From: Gemmatimonadota bacterium
Lineage (GTDB): Bacteria > JAAXHH01
Assembly: GCA_026705925.1 (NCBI GenBank)
Contig: JAPOZT010000019.1
Span: 49,878-113,877, forward strand
DNA length: 64,000 bases
Direction of reading: 5' to 3'
The notes below the pieces were generated by a model. That model saw only the letters and a list, made by a program, of their open reading frames with translations, made no database searches and was not told where the DNA came from. Shown piece by piece: positions 27,358 through 36,583 of the stretch. Position 1 is the stretch's first letter. Each line of letters begins with the position of its first letter. The position numbers were made by a program, and so were the translations under genes.

Positions 27358-27369
27358 CGGAGTCGCGCT

Positions 27370-29772
27370 TTGCTGAAACACTACTTCACGATCAGTGCGA
27401 GGCATCTGCTCAGGCACAAACCCTATGCCGCGCTCAATATCCTTAACCTGGCCGTCGGCATGGCCTGTGCGGTCCTCATCGGCCTGTATATACAAGACGA
27501 ACGGGCCTATGACCGGTACCATGCGAACGCGGAACGGATCTACCGCATCGTGAACGGGACCAATGCGAAGACGACCCCCGCCCTCGGTCCCGCCATCCAT
27601 GAACTCCTTCCTGAAGTCCAGTCATACGCCCGCATAAGTCCGCCCTTCGGAGGGTGGATCATACGCTATGAAGACCAATCGTACTTCGAAGACCGCGTGT
27701 TCTGGGCGGATCCCGATCTCTTCGAGGTTTTCTCCTTTCCACTGGTGCGGGGCAATCCCGCACAGGCGCTGCAGGATCCGGGGACGGTCGTCATCACCGA
27801 GTCCATGGCGCGCAAGTACTTCGGAAGCGCCGACCCCCTCGGCGAGACGGTATCGCTGGATACGTATCCCTTCACCGTCACCGGGGTGATGCGGGATATG
27901 CCCGAGCACTCGCATTTCCAGGCTGACTTTTTCCTCGGGATCGAGGGGTCGCTCGGTATCCTGGGAGATGATTACCTGGAGCAGTGGGATTGGCCTTCGT
28001 TTTATACCTACCTTTTGCTGTCACCGGATGTAGATCCCGTCGACTTCGCGCGGAAAATGCCGGATGTGCTCGAAGAAAGGTTTGGCGCCCGGTGGGAAGC
28101 CGAGAACATCACGATGGACCTCCGGCTGCAGCCGCTGACCGACATCTACCTTTACTCCCAACTCGAGAACGAGGCCGGCGAGAACGGCAACGGCACGTAC
28201 CTGCTGCTCCTCGGCGCCCTGGCCGTCGTCATCGTCCTGCTGGCCTGTTTCAACTTCATGAACATGGCGACCGCCCGCTCTCTCACGCGTAACCGCGAGG
28301 TCGCGCTTCGGAAGGCCTTCGGCGCGAACCGGGGTCAGCTGGTCCGCCAGTTCATGGGCGAATCCTTCGGCATCACCTGCGTCGCCATCGTGACCGCGCT
28401 GATCCTCGTCGCGCTCAGTCTGCCGTTCTTCCAGGACCTCACCGGAAAGACCATCGCGCTCGACATCTTTAGGTCCTGGCAGTTCTGGATGGGCATCGCC
28501 GCGGTAACCCTCCTGGTGGGGTTCGTTTCCGGCAGCTATCCCGCGTTTTTCACGGCGGCCTTCACGCCGGCAGCACACCTGAAGGGCAGGACCGGAACCG
28601 GCGCAACCCGCCACCTGGTACGCAGGCTGCTGGTCATGGGCCAGTGCATGATGGTAATCCTGCTGCTCGGCAGCACCTGGGTATTCACCGCGCAGCTGGA
28701 CTACATACAGGCCAAACGGCTGGGCCTGCAGCCGGAACGAGTGCTCGTCGGACCCTCCAGTTTCCCGGCCTTCGTGGATCAGTATCCGGTTTTCAGGGAA
28801 ACACTCGAGCAGTATCCCCGGATCGAAAGCGTCGGTACCACCCTGATGCTGCCTGGCCGCACGGGGCGCAAGGGTTTGCTCGCCACGACGGGGACGCGGC
28901 GGACCGACCGGCCGCAGACGGAAGCGCAGAACCTGCTCGACTGGGCGATCACCGACGATTTCGTCGAAGTATTCGGGATGGAGCTGCTGGCCGGCCGGAG
29001 TCTTTCCAGTTCGCGTCTGGCGGATCGGAGGGAAGCCGTGATGATCAACGAAACCGCCATGCGGCAGCTGGGATGGAACGCGCCCGAAGAGGCCATCGAT
29101 CAGGAGGTCCTGATCCACATCGGCCATCCCTGGGTACACGATCGCCGGATCATCGGCGTGATCGCGGATTTCCACATGCGGTCGCTGCACCATCGCATCG
29201 AGCCGATGATCATCCGGCATTGGCCCAGGGAGAACTTGCCCTTCTACGCGATCCGCATCCGATCCGATGACGTGACCGGCACGGTCTCATGGATCCAGGA
29301 AACCTGGAAGCGACAGATGCCGGACGTTCCCATGGTGTATTCGTTTCTCGATGAGGATTACGGGCGGCTCTACGCGGCCGAGGCGACGCTCCGCGAGGTC
29401 TTCGGCGTTTTCTCGTCCGTGGCGGTCTTCATGGCCTGCGCCGGGCTGTTCGGCCTGGCCTCATTCATGTCGGCGCGGCGTACGAGGGAAGTAGGCATGC
29501 GGAGGATTCTCGGGGCCTCAGTCGTCCAGACGGCGGGTCTGCTTCTGAGGGAATTCGTCTACCTGGTCCTGATCGCTACGGTACTGGCCGCGCCCATCGC
29601 CTACTTCGCCATGCGGCAGTGGCTTCAACTGTTCTCCTACCGTGCGGACGTCGGTCCCGTAGCCTTCTTCGCCGCTGGCGCGGTCGTCCTGGTCATCGCC
29701 CTGATGACGGTGAGTCTCCGTGTCGTCGGCGTGGCCCGGGCGAACCCGGTGGACACGCTGAGGTATGAGTAG
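27370..29772 (+). CDS. FtsX-family (MacB-type, two FtsX domains) ABC transporter permease, 800 aa
   Basis: N-terminal TM, large periplasmic domain, four TM, repeated. Characteristic FtsX loop motifs. No ATPase gene adjacent. Confidence 0.75.
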   Translation: MLKHYFTISARHLLRHKPYAALNILNLAVGMACAVLIGLYIQDERAYDRYHANAERIYRIVNGTNAKTTPALGPAIHELLPEVQSYARISPPFGGWIIRYEDQSYFEDRVFWADPDLFEVFSFPLVRGNPAQALQDPGTVVITESMARKYFGSADPLGETVSLDTYPFTVTGVMRDMPEHSHFQADFFLGIEGSLGILGDDYLEQWDWPSFYTYLLLSPDVDPVDFARKMPDVLEERFGARWEAENITMDLRLQPLTDIYLYSQLENEAGENGNGTYLLLLGALAVVIVLLACFNFMNMATARSLTRNREVALRKAFGANRGQLVRQFMGESFGITCVAIVTALILVALSLPFFQDLTGKTIALDIFRSWQFWMGIAAVTLLVGFVSGSYPAFFTAAFTPAAHLKGRTGTGATRHLVRRLLVMGQCMMVILLLGSTWVFTAQLDYIQAKRLGLQPERVLVGPSSFPAFVDQYPVFRETLEQYPRIESVGTTLMLPGRTGRKGLLATTGTRRTDRPQTEAQNLLDWAITDDFVEVFGMELLAGRSLSSSRLADRREAVMINETAMRQLGWNAPEEAIDQEVLIHIGHPWVHDRRIIGVIADFHMRSLHHRIEPMIIRHWPRENLPFYAIRIRSDDVTGTVSWIQETWKRQMPDVPMVYSFLDEDYGRLYAAEATLREVFGVFSSVAVFMACAGLFGLASFMSARRTREVGMRRILGASVVQTAGLLLREFVYLVLIATVLAAPIAYFAMRQWLQLFSYRADVGPVAFFAAGAVVLVIALMTVSLRVVGVARANPVDTLRYE

Positions 29773-29800
29773 GCGTAAAGCGGCTGCGGAGAGCAACCGC
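29773..29800. terminator. possible bidirectional terminator hairpin between convergent genes (no T-tract)
   Basis: GCGGCUGC-GGAGA-GCAACCGC, 7/8-bp stem. Confidence 0.3.
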
Positions 29801-30784
29801 TCAAAGTAATCCGGCGTGGCCAAGTCGTATTCTCAAACCTTCGATTCCGTCCTCCACCAGATCCGACTTTCCTTCTTCCAAACCGTAGATGACCTCGTGA
29901 CAGGAAGCCATCCAGGTGTAGAACCGGAGCCTGTTCACGAAGTTGACGTCCAGTGCGCGATGGATGCATGACGTGTGCTGGACGACGGATGCGCCCTGGA
30001 CGTCTGACTCGCGCTGATAACCGGTTCGTATCCTTTCAACGGCCTCCATGCCGTAAGTAACATAAATACCGACGAAATCGATCGCCGGATCGCCGATGGT
30101 CGCGTCTTCGAAGTCAATCAGCCCGGTCACGGCCATCCCGTCCTCGACGATCAGGATATGCTCGCAACCCAGGTCGCAGTGCACCAGGGCGACGTCATCA
30201 AGCGTCGTGAGTTCCTCGTCGAGAAACCGGTTGAAACCGCGTTCGACCGCGTTGAGTGTGCGTGTATCCAGTAAGCGCGAAACCGTGGCGCGTACCGTTT
30301 CCCTCAACTCTTGGTAGCGCTGCCGCCATGCCTCGACGGTGGCTTCAACGCCACAGGCCTCAGCGACCAGCGAGGCGGGAATGGCATGAAGTGAGGAGAG
30401 CGCGGCCGCTATGGATCCGGCCAATTCAGCAGCGAGCTTGACGCCGGACATTTGGAGGCTGGACAGAGGACGACCCGGAATCCGCCAATACCCCGCATAG
30501 GGTTGATCACGCCAGGTTCCCACATATTCGAAACACGGTACGGCGAACTCGACCTGTGGAGCGACTACTGACAGAACCGTATGCTCTTTTTTCAGGTTTT
30601 CAGCGACGACACTGTTTTTTGGAAATCGAAAGATCCAGCCCGGAGTCGTGGACACGGCCTGCTCATCGTGGCTCCTGTGCTTGACTTCGAAGGTCCAGTA
30701 CGACCAGCCACCCGCGATGGGATGGACCCGTCCGTGATCCAGTCCGAGGCTGATGAGCAGGTTTTCAACATCACGGATTGTCAC
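29801..30784 (-). CDS. aminoglycoside/choline-kinase-type phosphotransferase (APH family), copy 1
   Basis: HCDLGCEHILI catalytic loop and IDFEDATIGDPAIDF Mg-binding motif. Confidence 0.7.
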   Translation of the reverse strand: MTIRDVENLLISLGLDHGRVHPIAGGWSYWTFEVKHRSHDEQAVSTTPGWIFRFPKNSVVAENLKKEHTVLSVVAPQVEFAVPCFEYVGTWRDQPYAGYWRIPGRPLSSLQMSGVKLAAELAGSIAAALSSLHAIPASLVAEACGVEATVEAWRQRYQELRETVRATVSRLLDTRTLNAVERGFNRFLDEELTTLDDVALVHCDLGCEHILIVEDGMAVTGLIDFEDATIGDPAIDFVGIYVTYGMEAVERIRTGYQRESDVQGASVVQHTSCIHRALDVNFVNRLRFYTWMASCHEVIYGLEEGKSDLVEDGIEGLRIRLGHAGLL

Positions 30785-30976
30785 AAACGGGTACTGTATG
30801 ATCGATCCGCCTTTCTTCTCTGGTGAGTGTGGTCATCAGAAGGAGCGGCAATGTATCTGGCGATTTGGTCAAAATGGGCCCAGAACAGTCTTAAACTATA
30901 CAACACAGAACCGGGCTTAACGCTGCTGTCCATCTCCGGGCAATAACTCCGTCCAGGTAGATTACAATCTGACCAG

Positions 30977-31013
30977 TTGACGTAGCATGGATGCGGGGCT
31001 ATTATGCTATAAT
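30977..31013 (+). promoter_or_regulatory. sigma70-like promoter of higBA (TTGACG-N17-TATTAT), -10 region abuts the start codon
   Basis: Hexamers read directly. Predicted TSS at about 31012, implying a leaderless or near-leaderless higB mRNA. Confidence 0.4.
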
Positions 31014-31305
31014 GATAATGTCGTTCCGCAGTAAAGGAACTGAAGATATCTTCGATGGACGCGAAACACGTGCTGCGCGCTCCACATGTCCGTCCTCACT
31101 ATGGTCTGTTGCTGTACGTAAACTTGAACAGTTGGATTCGGTTGATAAACTACATGACATGAACAAACCCCCAGGCAATCGTCTCCAGTCCCTGCGAGGT
31201 GCGCGTTCCGGGCAGTACAGCGTTCGAATCAACGACCAGTACCGCGTGTGCTTCGTCTGGTCGGATGCTGGACCGCGGGATGTTGAAATCGTCGACTATC
31301 ATTAA
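31012..31305 (+). CDS. higB: HigB toxin (RelE/ParE superfamily, plasmid-maintenance killer protein)
   Basis: MIMSFRSKGTEDIFDG...PPGNRLQSL...YSVRINDQYRVCFVW...DVEIVDYH matches HigB family. Confidence 0.75.
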   Translation: MIMSFRSKGTEDIFDGRETRAARSTCPSSLWSVAVRKLEQLDSVDKLHDMNKPPGNRLQSLRGARSGQYSVRINDQYRVCFVWSDAGPRDVEIVDYH

Positions 31306-31326
31306 AACAAGTTAGAGGTGTTTATT

Positions 31327-31641
31327 ATGGTACGTGTTCCTACAAATCGCATTCCAACCCATCCGGGTGAAATGCTGCTGGAAGAGTTCCTGATACCTAT
31401 GAAGTTGACGCAGCGTGAATTGGCTGACGCACTTAACGTTCCCTACCAGCGCGTGAACGAACTGGTAAACGCCCGTCGCGGTATTACACCCAGCACAGCG
31501 CTGCGCCTGGCCAAGTACTTCGACGTGTCGCCCTCATTCTGGCTGAATCTACAGCTACGTTGGGACTTGTATCACGCTATGCGGTCAGAAGCCCGCGAGT
31601 TGGCGGCGATCGAGCCTCGGCGCATAGGCGTCGAAGCGTAA
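31327..31641 (+). CDS. higA: HigA antitoxin (XRE-family HTH addiction-module antidote)
   Basis: HPGEMLLEEFL...LTQRELADALNVPYQRVNELVNARRGITPSTALRLAKYF. Confidence 0.75.
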   Translation: MVRVPTNRIPTHPGEMLLEEFLIPMKLTQRELADALNVPYQRVNELVNARRGITPSTALRLAKYFDVSPSFWLNLQLRWDLYHAMRSEARELAAIEPRRIGVEA

Positions 31642-31711
31642 ATGGCAGGCAGGAATCAGACCAGTTATCGGATTTGTGAGTTTCCCAGTTCGGCCTCACC
31701 CTTGTTCGGCC

Positions 31712-34114
31712 TCACCCGGTACGCAACGCGTCGACTGGATTGGCCGTGGCGGCCTTCAACGCGTGGTATCCCACCGTCAACCAGGTAACAAGTAGCGTTG
31801 CAAGGCCGGCAAACACGAAAACCCACAGGCTCAGTTCGATACGATAGGGAAAGTTTTCCAGCCACGTCTGCACACCGAAGAAACCTGCCGGAGCGCCGAT
31901 CACGAATGCGAGCAGGACCAGCTTAGTGTAGTCCCCGGACAACAGCAGTATGACGTTCGAAATCGTAGCGCCGAGGACCTTGCGTACGCCGATTTCCCTG
32001 GTCCGCTGCTCCGCCATGTAGGCTGCCAGTCCCAGAAGTCCCAGGCACGCGATCAGAATGGAAAGCACCGCGCCGGCGACGAAGACGGATCCCAGCCTTT
32101 GCTCGGCATCGTACTGTCGCTCGAGTTCCTGGTCCAGGAAGTAGAAATCCATGCCGGGATGGCTTTGATACGTTGTCCGCCACCGGTCCTGTAGGATTTC
32201 AAGTCCGCGGGGCAGGTCCTGTCCCTGCAGCCTGACCACCATAAACCTGCCTTCTGGCCAGTACATTACGATCAAGGGCTCAATGCGTTGATGCAGCGAT
32301 TGGTGGTGATAATCCGCCATCAGGCCGATGACGTTCCTGGATGGAGCAGTATCTGGTGCGCCCGGCTGCCTGAAGGTCTTTCCGATCGGGTCTTTCCATC
32401 CAAAAGTGCGTGCGGCAGTTTCGTTGATCACGACGGCGTCGTTGTCGGAGGTGAAAGTCCGCGAAAACGAACGGCCGGACTTGATCTCGATGTCCAGTGT
32501 TTCCAGGAAGTCGAAGTCCGCCCAGATCGTGGCGACCAAAGGCGTCTGATCCTCCGGGAATCCTTCTGGTTGAATCGAATTGAGCGAGGGTGCCGTCCCG
32601 GGTACGCTGGCCGATGAACTCACGTTTAAGATTTCCGGATACTGCATGACCTCGCGCTTGAATACCGGATAACCAAGCACAGCCTCTCTATCGGGAAGTC
32701 GTATGACTACCACGTGTTCTTTATCGAATCCCAGCTTCTTGTTCCGCATGTACTCCACCTGCCCGAGCACGGTAGCCGTTCCGATAATCACGACAATCGA
32801 GACGATGAACTGGAAGGTGATCAGCGCTATTCGCAGAAAGGACAGGGAGCCCCCCGCTTTCAACTCGCCACTCAGTACGGCAACCGGCCTGAAGGACGAA
32901 AGGACGAGTGCGGGATATCCGCCGGCAGCGATTCCCGTAAAAAGGATTATCGCCCCGAGGGTCGGCACCAGCCATGTTGACTGATAGTCCATTTCCAGCG
33001 CTTTACCGGACAACTGGTTGAACTGCGGCAGGAGCAGGTGGACCAGTGCGAGTGCGACGATCAGCGCGATCAGGGAAAAGAAGACCGACTCTCCGATAAA
33101 CTGCTTGATCAGCTGGACCCGGTGGGCACCCAGTACTTTCCGGATGCCGACCTCCTGCGCCCTTCTGACGGCACGGGCGGTGGCCAGGTTCATGAAGTTG
33201 ACGCAGGCAATCAGCAAGATGAAAGCGGCCAGGGAGGAGAAGATGTAAACATACCGTACGTCGCTGTTCGCTTCGATCTCGAGCTTCAGATGGGAGTGCA
33301 GATGTATGTCGGTGAGCGACTGCAGGAACGGTCTCATTTCCATGCCCAGTGCCTTCAGTTGCTCACCCACATGTCTATCCAGAAACTGAGGGAGTTTCTT
33401 CTCCAGATCTTCGGCGGCACGTCCTTCCTTGAGCAGAAGATACGTGTACATGGAGGAGTTCAGGTTCCTCATCGTGGTCGGCTCGAAGTATATGCCATCC
33501 ACCGCCATGGTGGCGAAGGAGGCCAGGAAGTCGGCGTGGAAATGCGAATTTGCAGGCATGTCCCGCATGATCCCCGTAACCGTAAAGTTATACTGGTCGT
33601 CAGCAGCGATGACTTTTCCAATCGGATTTTCATCTCCGAAATACTTCTCCACCATCGCTTCCGAAACCACCACGGCGTGCGGTTCCGCCAGGGCTGTCTT
33701 TGGATTTCCCTGAACAAGGGGGATAGTGAAAATGTCAAAGACCGACGAATCCGCGAAGACGAAATACTTCTCATAGGACCGATTATCGCCGTAGCGAACG
33801 AGCCAACCGGTGTTCGGCGGCTTTATCCGCGTGTAGTGTTCGATTTCAGGGAATTCCGACGCCAGTACAGGGGCCCAGGACGGAGGCGACATCGCCCATT
33901 CATCCGGTTTGCCACCCGCCATCTCGGAGATCGCCAGGCGATAAATCCGTTCCTTCTTCTCGTGGTGCTGGTCGTAGCTGAGTTCGTCCTGCACATAGAG
34001 CATGATCAACACGCAGGAGGCTATACCGATAGCCAATCCAAGCACGTTGATCGCCGAATAGCCTCTGTACTGGAGCAGATGCCTTATGGCGGTGTTCAGG
34101 TAGTTTCTGAACAT
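31712..34114 (-). CDS. FtsX-family (MacB-type) ABC transporter permease, 800 aa, paralog of 27370-29772
   Basis: Same architecture and N-terminus (MFRNYLNTAIRHLLQYRGYSAIN versus MLKHYFTISARHLLRHKPYAALN). Confidence 0.75.
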   Translation of the reverse strand: MFRNYLNTAIRHLLQYRGYSAINVLGLAIGIASCVLIMLYVQDELSYDQHHEKKERIYRLAISEMAGGKPDEWAMSPPSWAPVLASEFPEIEHYTRIKPPNTGWLVRYGDNRSYEKYFVFADSSVFDIFTIPLVQGNPKTALAEPHAVVVSEAMVEKYFGDENPIGKVIAADDQYNFTVTGIMRDMPANSHFHADFLASFATMAVDGIYFEPTTMRNLNSSMYTYLLLKEGRAAEDLEKKLPQFLDRHVGEQLKALGMEMRPFLQSLTDIHLHSHLKLEIEANSDVRYVYIFSSLAAFILLIACVNFMNLATARAVRRAQEVGIRKVLGAHRVQLIKQFIGESVFFSLIALIVALALVHLLLPQFNQLSGKALEMDYQSTWLVPTLGAIILFTGIAAGGYPALVLSSFRPVAVLSGELKAGGSLSFLRIALITFQFIVSIVVIIGTATVLGQVEYMRNKKLGFDKEHVVVIRLPDREAVLGYPVFKREVMQYPEILNVSSSASVPGTAPSLNSIQPEGFPEDQTPLVATIWADFDFLETLDIEIKSGRSFSRTFTSDNDAVVINETAARTFGWKDPIGKTFRQPGAPDTAPSRNVIGLMADYHHQSLHQRIEPLIVMYWPEGRFMVVRLQGQDLPRGLEILQDRWRTTYQSHPGMDFYFLDQELERQYDAEQRLGSVFVAGAVLSILIACLGLLGLAAYMAEQRTREIGVRKVLGATISNVILLLSGDYTKLVLLAFVIGAPAGFFGVQTWLENFPYRIELSLWVFVFAGLATLLVTWLTVGYHALKAATANPVDALRTG

Positions 34115-34298
34115 GGCGCTATGCCGACATTCTCGGATATCCCGGGCGTTCCGGGTATTTCGAGTAAAATGATGCGGAAGGGTTCAAACTGGCGTAGTCC
34201 CGTCTGTTAGACGATTCTCATCGAACACATTTCAAATATAAACTCAAACGACTCGTAGCGTCTATCCGCAAATCACACCCGGCAGCCCTTCGCCCTGG

Positions 34299-35570
34299 CT
34301 ACAGCTTGTAGTTCCCGGCGTTGATGGTGAGCGTTCCGTCTTCGTGTTCCTCGTGCTCCTCGTGTTCCTCCTGCTCCTCTTCGTTACTTTCCGTCCCTTC
34401 GGCCGCATCGTGCATCGTGCCTTCATTGACGACCATTCTGGCTTCAACTGCGCTCATCTGGTCCGGAAAGCAGGTTATCGTTCCCCAATTGTAAACTGCG
34501 GCCAGACGATCATGAAGTTGCCCGGCGTCTACGTCTTCTTCAATGGTCAGGTTTCCCGAATTGTACAGTGTGGCGGTCCAATCGATCAGATCCAGGCGCG
34601 ACTGGCGAAGCGTGAGGTCGGTTTCCACGACCCAGAGGGCGCCCTCATAGAAGGCGACATCGGTGTTCAAAGTATCGCAGGTGCCCGAAAAGACTTCGCT
34701 CAGCGGTTCCGGGCACAGGACCCTGCCCGTACAGACGAGACCATCGAGCGCCCGGTCCAGTGCGTCTGCGTCTATGTCGTCATGAATCGTGACGTCCCCG
34801 TTAGCGTAGATCTTCCTCCCCTTCCACGACCGGATGCTTCCGGCGGTCAGGGACAGGTCGCGTTCGACCAGTTCATGGTCGTCGGGCACGACGGTCGTCT
34901 GCGGAGTACCGGCCCCGGGATCATATTTGGAGCGAAGCATACGAACGTTTCCCGCGCGGCAGAGGACATCGCCCCTGACGTGGACCGTATTGAGCTTCCG
35001 GTCGAGCGCGTCGTTCGGCACGGGCTCCGGAATCCTGAGATTCCCGGTGATGACCAGGTCCACGCCATCGGGCAGTGTCGCCAGATAGACTTCATCCAGC
35101 ACGACGTCGCCGTTAATAAGTTGCGCGGAGGTCCTGTACGAAGCGAGGCCTCCCATATTGGACGTCAGTTTGTTCGTGATCGGTCCGGCCACGTGTTCCG
35201 GGTACAGGATGTTCCCCATGTTGATGATTTCACTCCATGAACCTTCCACTCCTTCAGCGGTGACATCCGGTTCCAGTGTGATGTTGCTCATATTCAGGAT
35301 AAGAAACGGCTCTGGTTCACCTGAAAACGCATCCCTGCCCAGGATCTCATCTGCCATGACCGTCTTCAGCCTGACCTCTTTGGGGACTTCGATCAGGGTT
35401 CCCATGTTATTGGAAAACATCGACAGGAAATCTCTGGTTTCAGGCGTCACCAGTACGGTGCCGGCATTGACATGCAAGATCCTGGACGCTACCTGTTCCG
35501 TGGTTTCCCGCATGTCCAGTGTGCCGCAATTGATTCGAACCGAACGGGGGGCGCGCTCTTCGAGTTTCAT
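34299..35570 (-). CDS. soluble repeat protein (beta-helix-like xNGDVxIxxDxD modules) with C-terminal Glu/His-rich tail, downstream of ECF sigma
   Basis: AGGAGG-N6-ATG. At least three internal repeats (LINGDVVLDEV..., YANGDVTIHDDIDADALDRALDG..., YNSGNLTIEEDVDAGQLHDRLAA...). Tail EEQEEHEEHEEHED. Confidence 0.5.
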   Translation of the reverse strand: MKLEERAPRSVRINCGTLDMRETTEQVASRILHVNAGTVLVTPETRDFLSMFSNNMGTLIEVPKEVRLKTVMADEILGRDAFSGEPEPFLILNMSNITLEPDVTAEGVEGSWSEIINMGNILYPEHVAGPITNKLTSNMGGLASYRTSAQLINGDVVLDEVYLATLPDGVDLVITGNLRIPEPVPNDALDRKLNTVHVRGDVLCRAGNVRMLRSKYDPGAGTPQTTVVPDDHELVERDLSLTAGSIRSWKGRKIYANGDVTIHDDIDADALDRALDGLVCTGRVLCPEPLSEVFSGTCDTLNTDVAFYEGALWVVETDLTLRQSRLDLIDWTATLYNSGNLTIEEDVDAGQLHDRLAAVYNWGTITCFPDQMSAVEARMVVNEGTMHDAAEGTESNEEEQEEHEEHEEHEDGTLTINAGNYKL

Positions 35571-35672
35571 GGTCTTCCTCCTGTCCTTTGGTGTGGCATG
35601 CATCCGCAACCGGGAACCAGTAACTGAGGTACCTCGGCATTGTGCTCTCGGGGATTCGATACCGACGCATCG

Positions 35673-36185
35673 TCAGGCGAATCGGGATTTTCGCGCACGC
35701 AGTTTCCTGATGGCCACATGCAGGCGAAAACGGACCGTCGAAGCCGGAATTCCCGTCCGACTGGCGATTTCCTCGCTGGTCATTCCCGTTACGAAACGCA
35801 TATGAAAGAGATCGTGATCTTTCTCCGGTATGTGCCTCATCATCTCCGGTATGCTGATCGTTTCGAAAATGTGTGCATCCGTATCAGACCGCCATCCGGC
35901 GGTTTTATGGATCGACTCCTCCTTTAGGATTTGGTGTAGTGTCCCGAGGAATGCCCTTTCTCTCCGCCGGGCACGTTGCTTGTCCACGAACAGATTGCCC
36001 ATGGTCCTGAACATCCAGGCACGCCTCCGGTGGGGCGACAGCGATTTGAGCAGACGCAGGTTTCTCATGGCTCTCATGAACGTCTCCTGAAGCAGATCGT
36101 CCGCGTTGTCTTCGTCCGCTGTCAGCCGTCGAGCGTGCTTCATCAGTTGAGCGGCATACGTTTCATAAAGATCATCGACAGTCAT
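35673..36185 (-). CDS. ECF-subfamily RNA polymerase sigma-70 factor
   Basis: Region 2 (DDLLQETFMRAMRNL) and region 4 HTH (MTSEEIASRTGIPASTVRFRLHVAIRKLR). Confidence 0.8.
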   Translation of the reverse strand: MTVDDLYETYAAQLMKHARRLTADEDNADDLLQETFMRAMRNLRLLKSLSPHRRRAWMFRTMGNLFVDKQRARRRERAFLGTLHQILKEESIHKTAGWRSDTDAHIFETISIPEMMRHIPEKDHDLFHMRFVTGMTSEEIASRTGIPASTVRFRLHVAIRKLRARKSRFA

Positions 36186-36583
36186 CCGCGAATCCGATCA
36201 TCAACCTGAGAGCAATTAAAATCGAAGCAGTTCTCATGCCTATGGCAGTCTGGCGTCCAGGGTGTTTGCCACAGTTGGCGTTCCTTCGCTGATGCCGCGC
36301 TGCCGCGGGTGATGCTCCGGCGTCCAGGGCGCTCCACCGAGTGTGGCATTCTGTCACAGGTTACGCTCCACCGTGGGTGACGGCCTTTCACGGGTGGCGC
36401 CCCGCCGCGGGTGGCCGTCTACTATCTACGACGATCCACGATGAGGAACCGTTTGAAAAAAGAATGTAAATCCGTGTAGACGAAACCAAAACCCGGCCAG
36501 GCAAGTCAATACAGTGCGGGACGTGGCGATCATCCTGTCAGAAACGGTCATTCCATCGTACGAGATATCGGTCAGGAGGGTAT

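Noticed and set aside
5931-31715. Relationship between gaggccgttc repeats (5931-5960) and gttcggcctcaccc repeats (31686-31715)
   Set aside because: The reverse complements differ (gaacggcctc versus gttcggcctc). Similarity is superficial.
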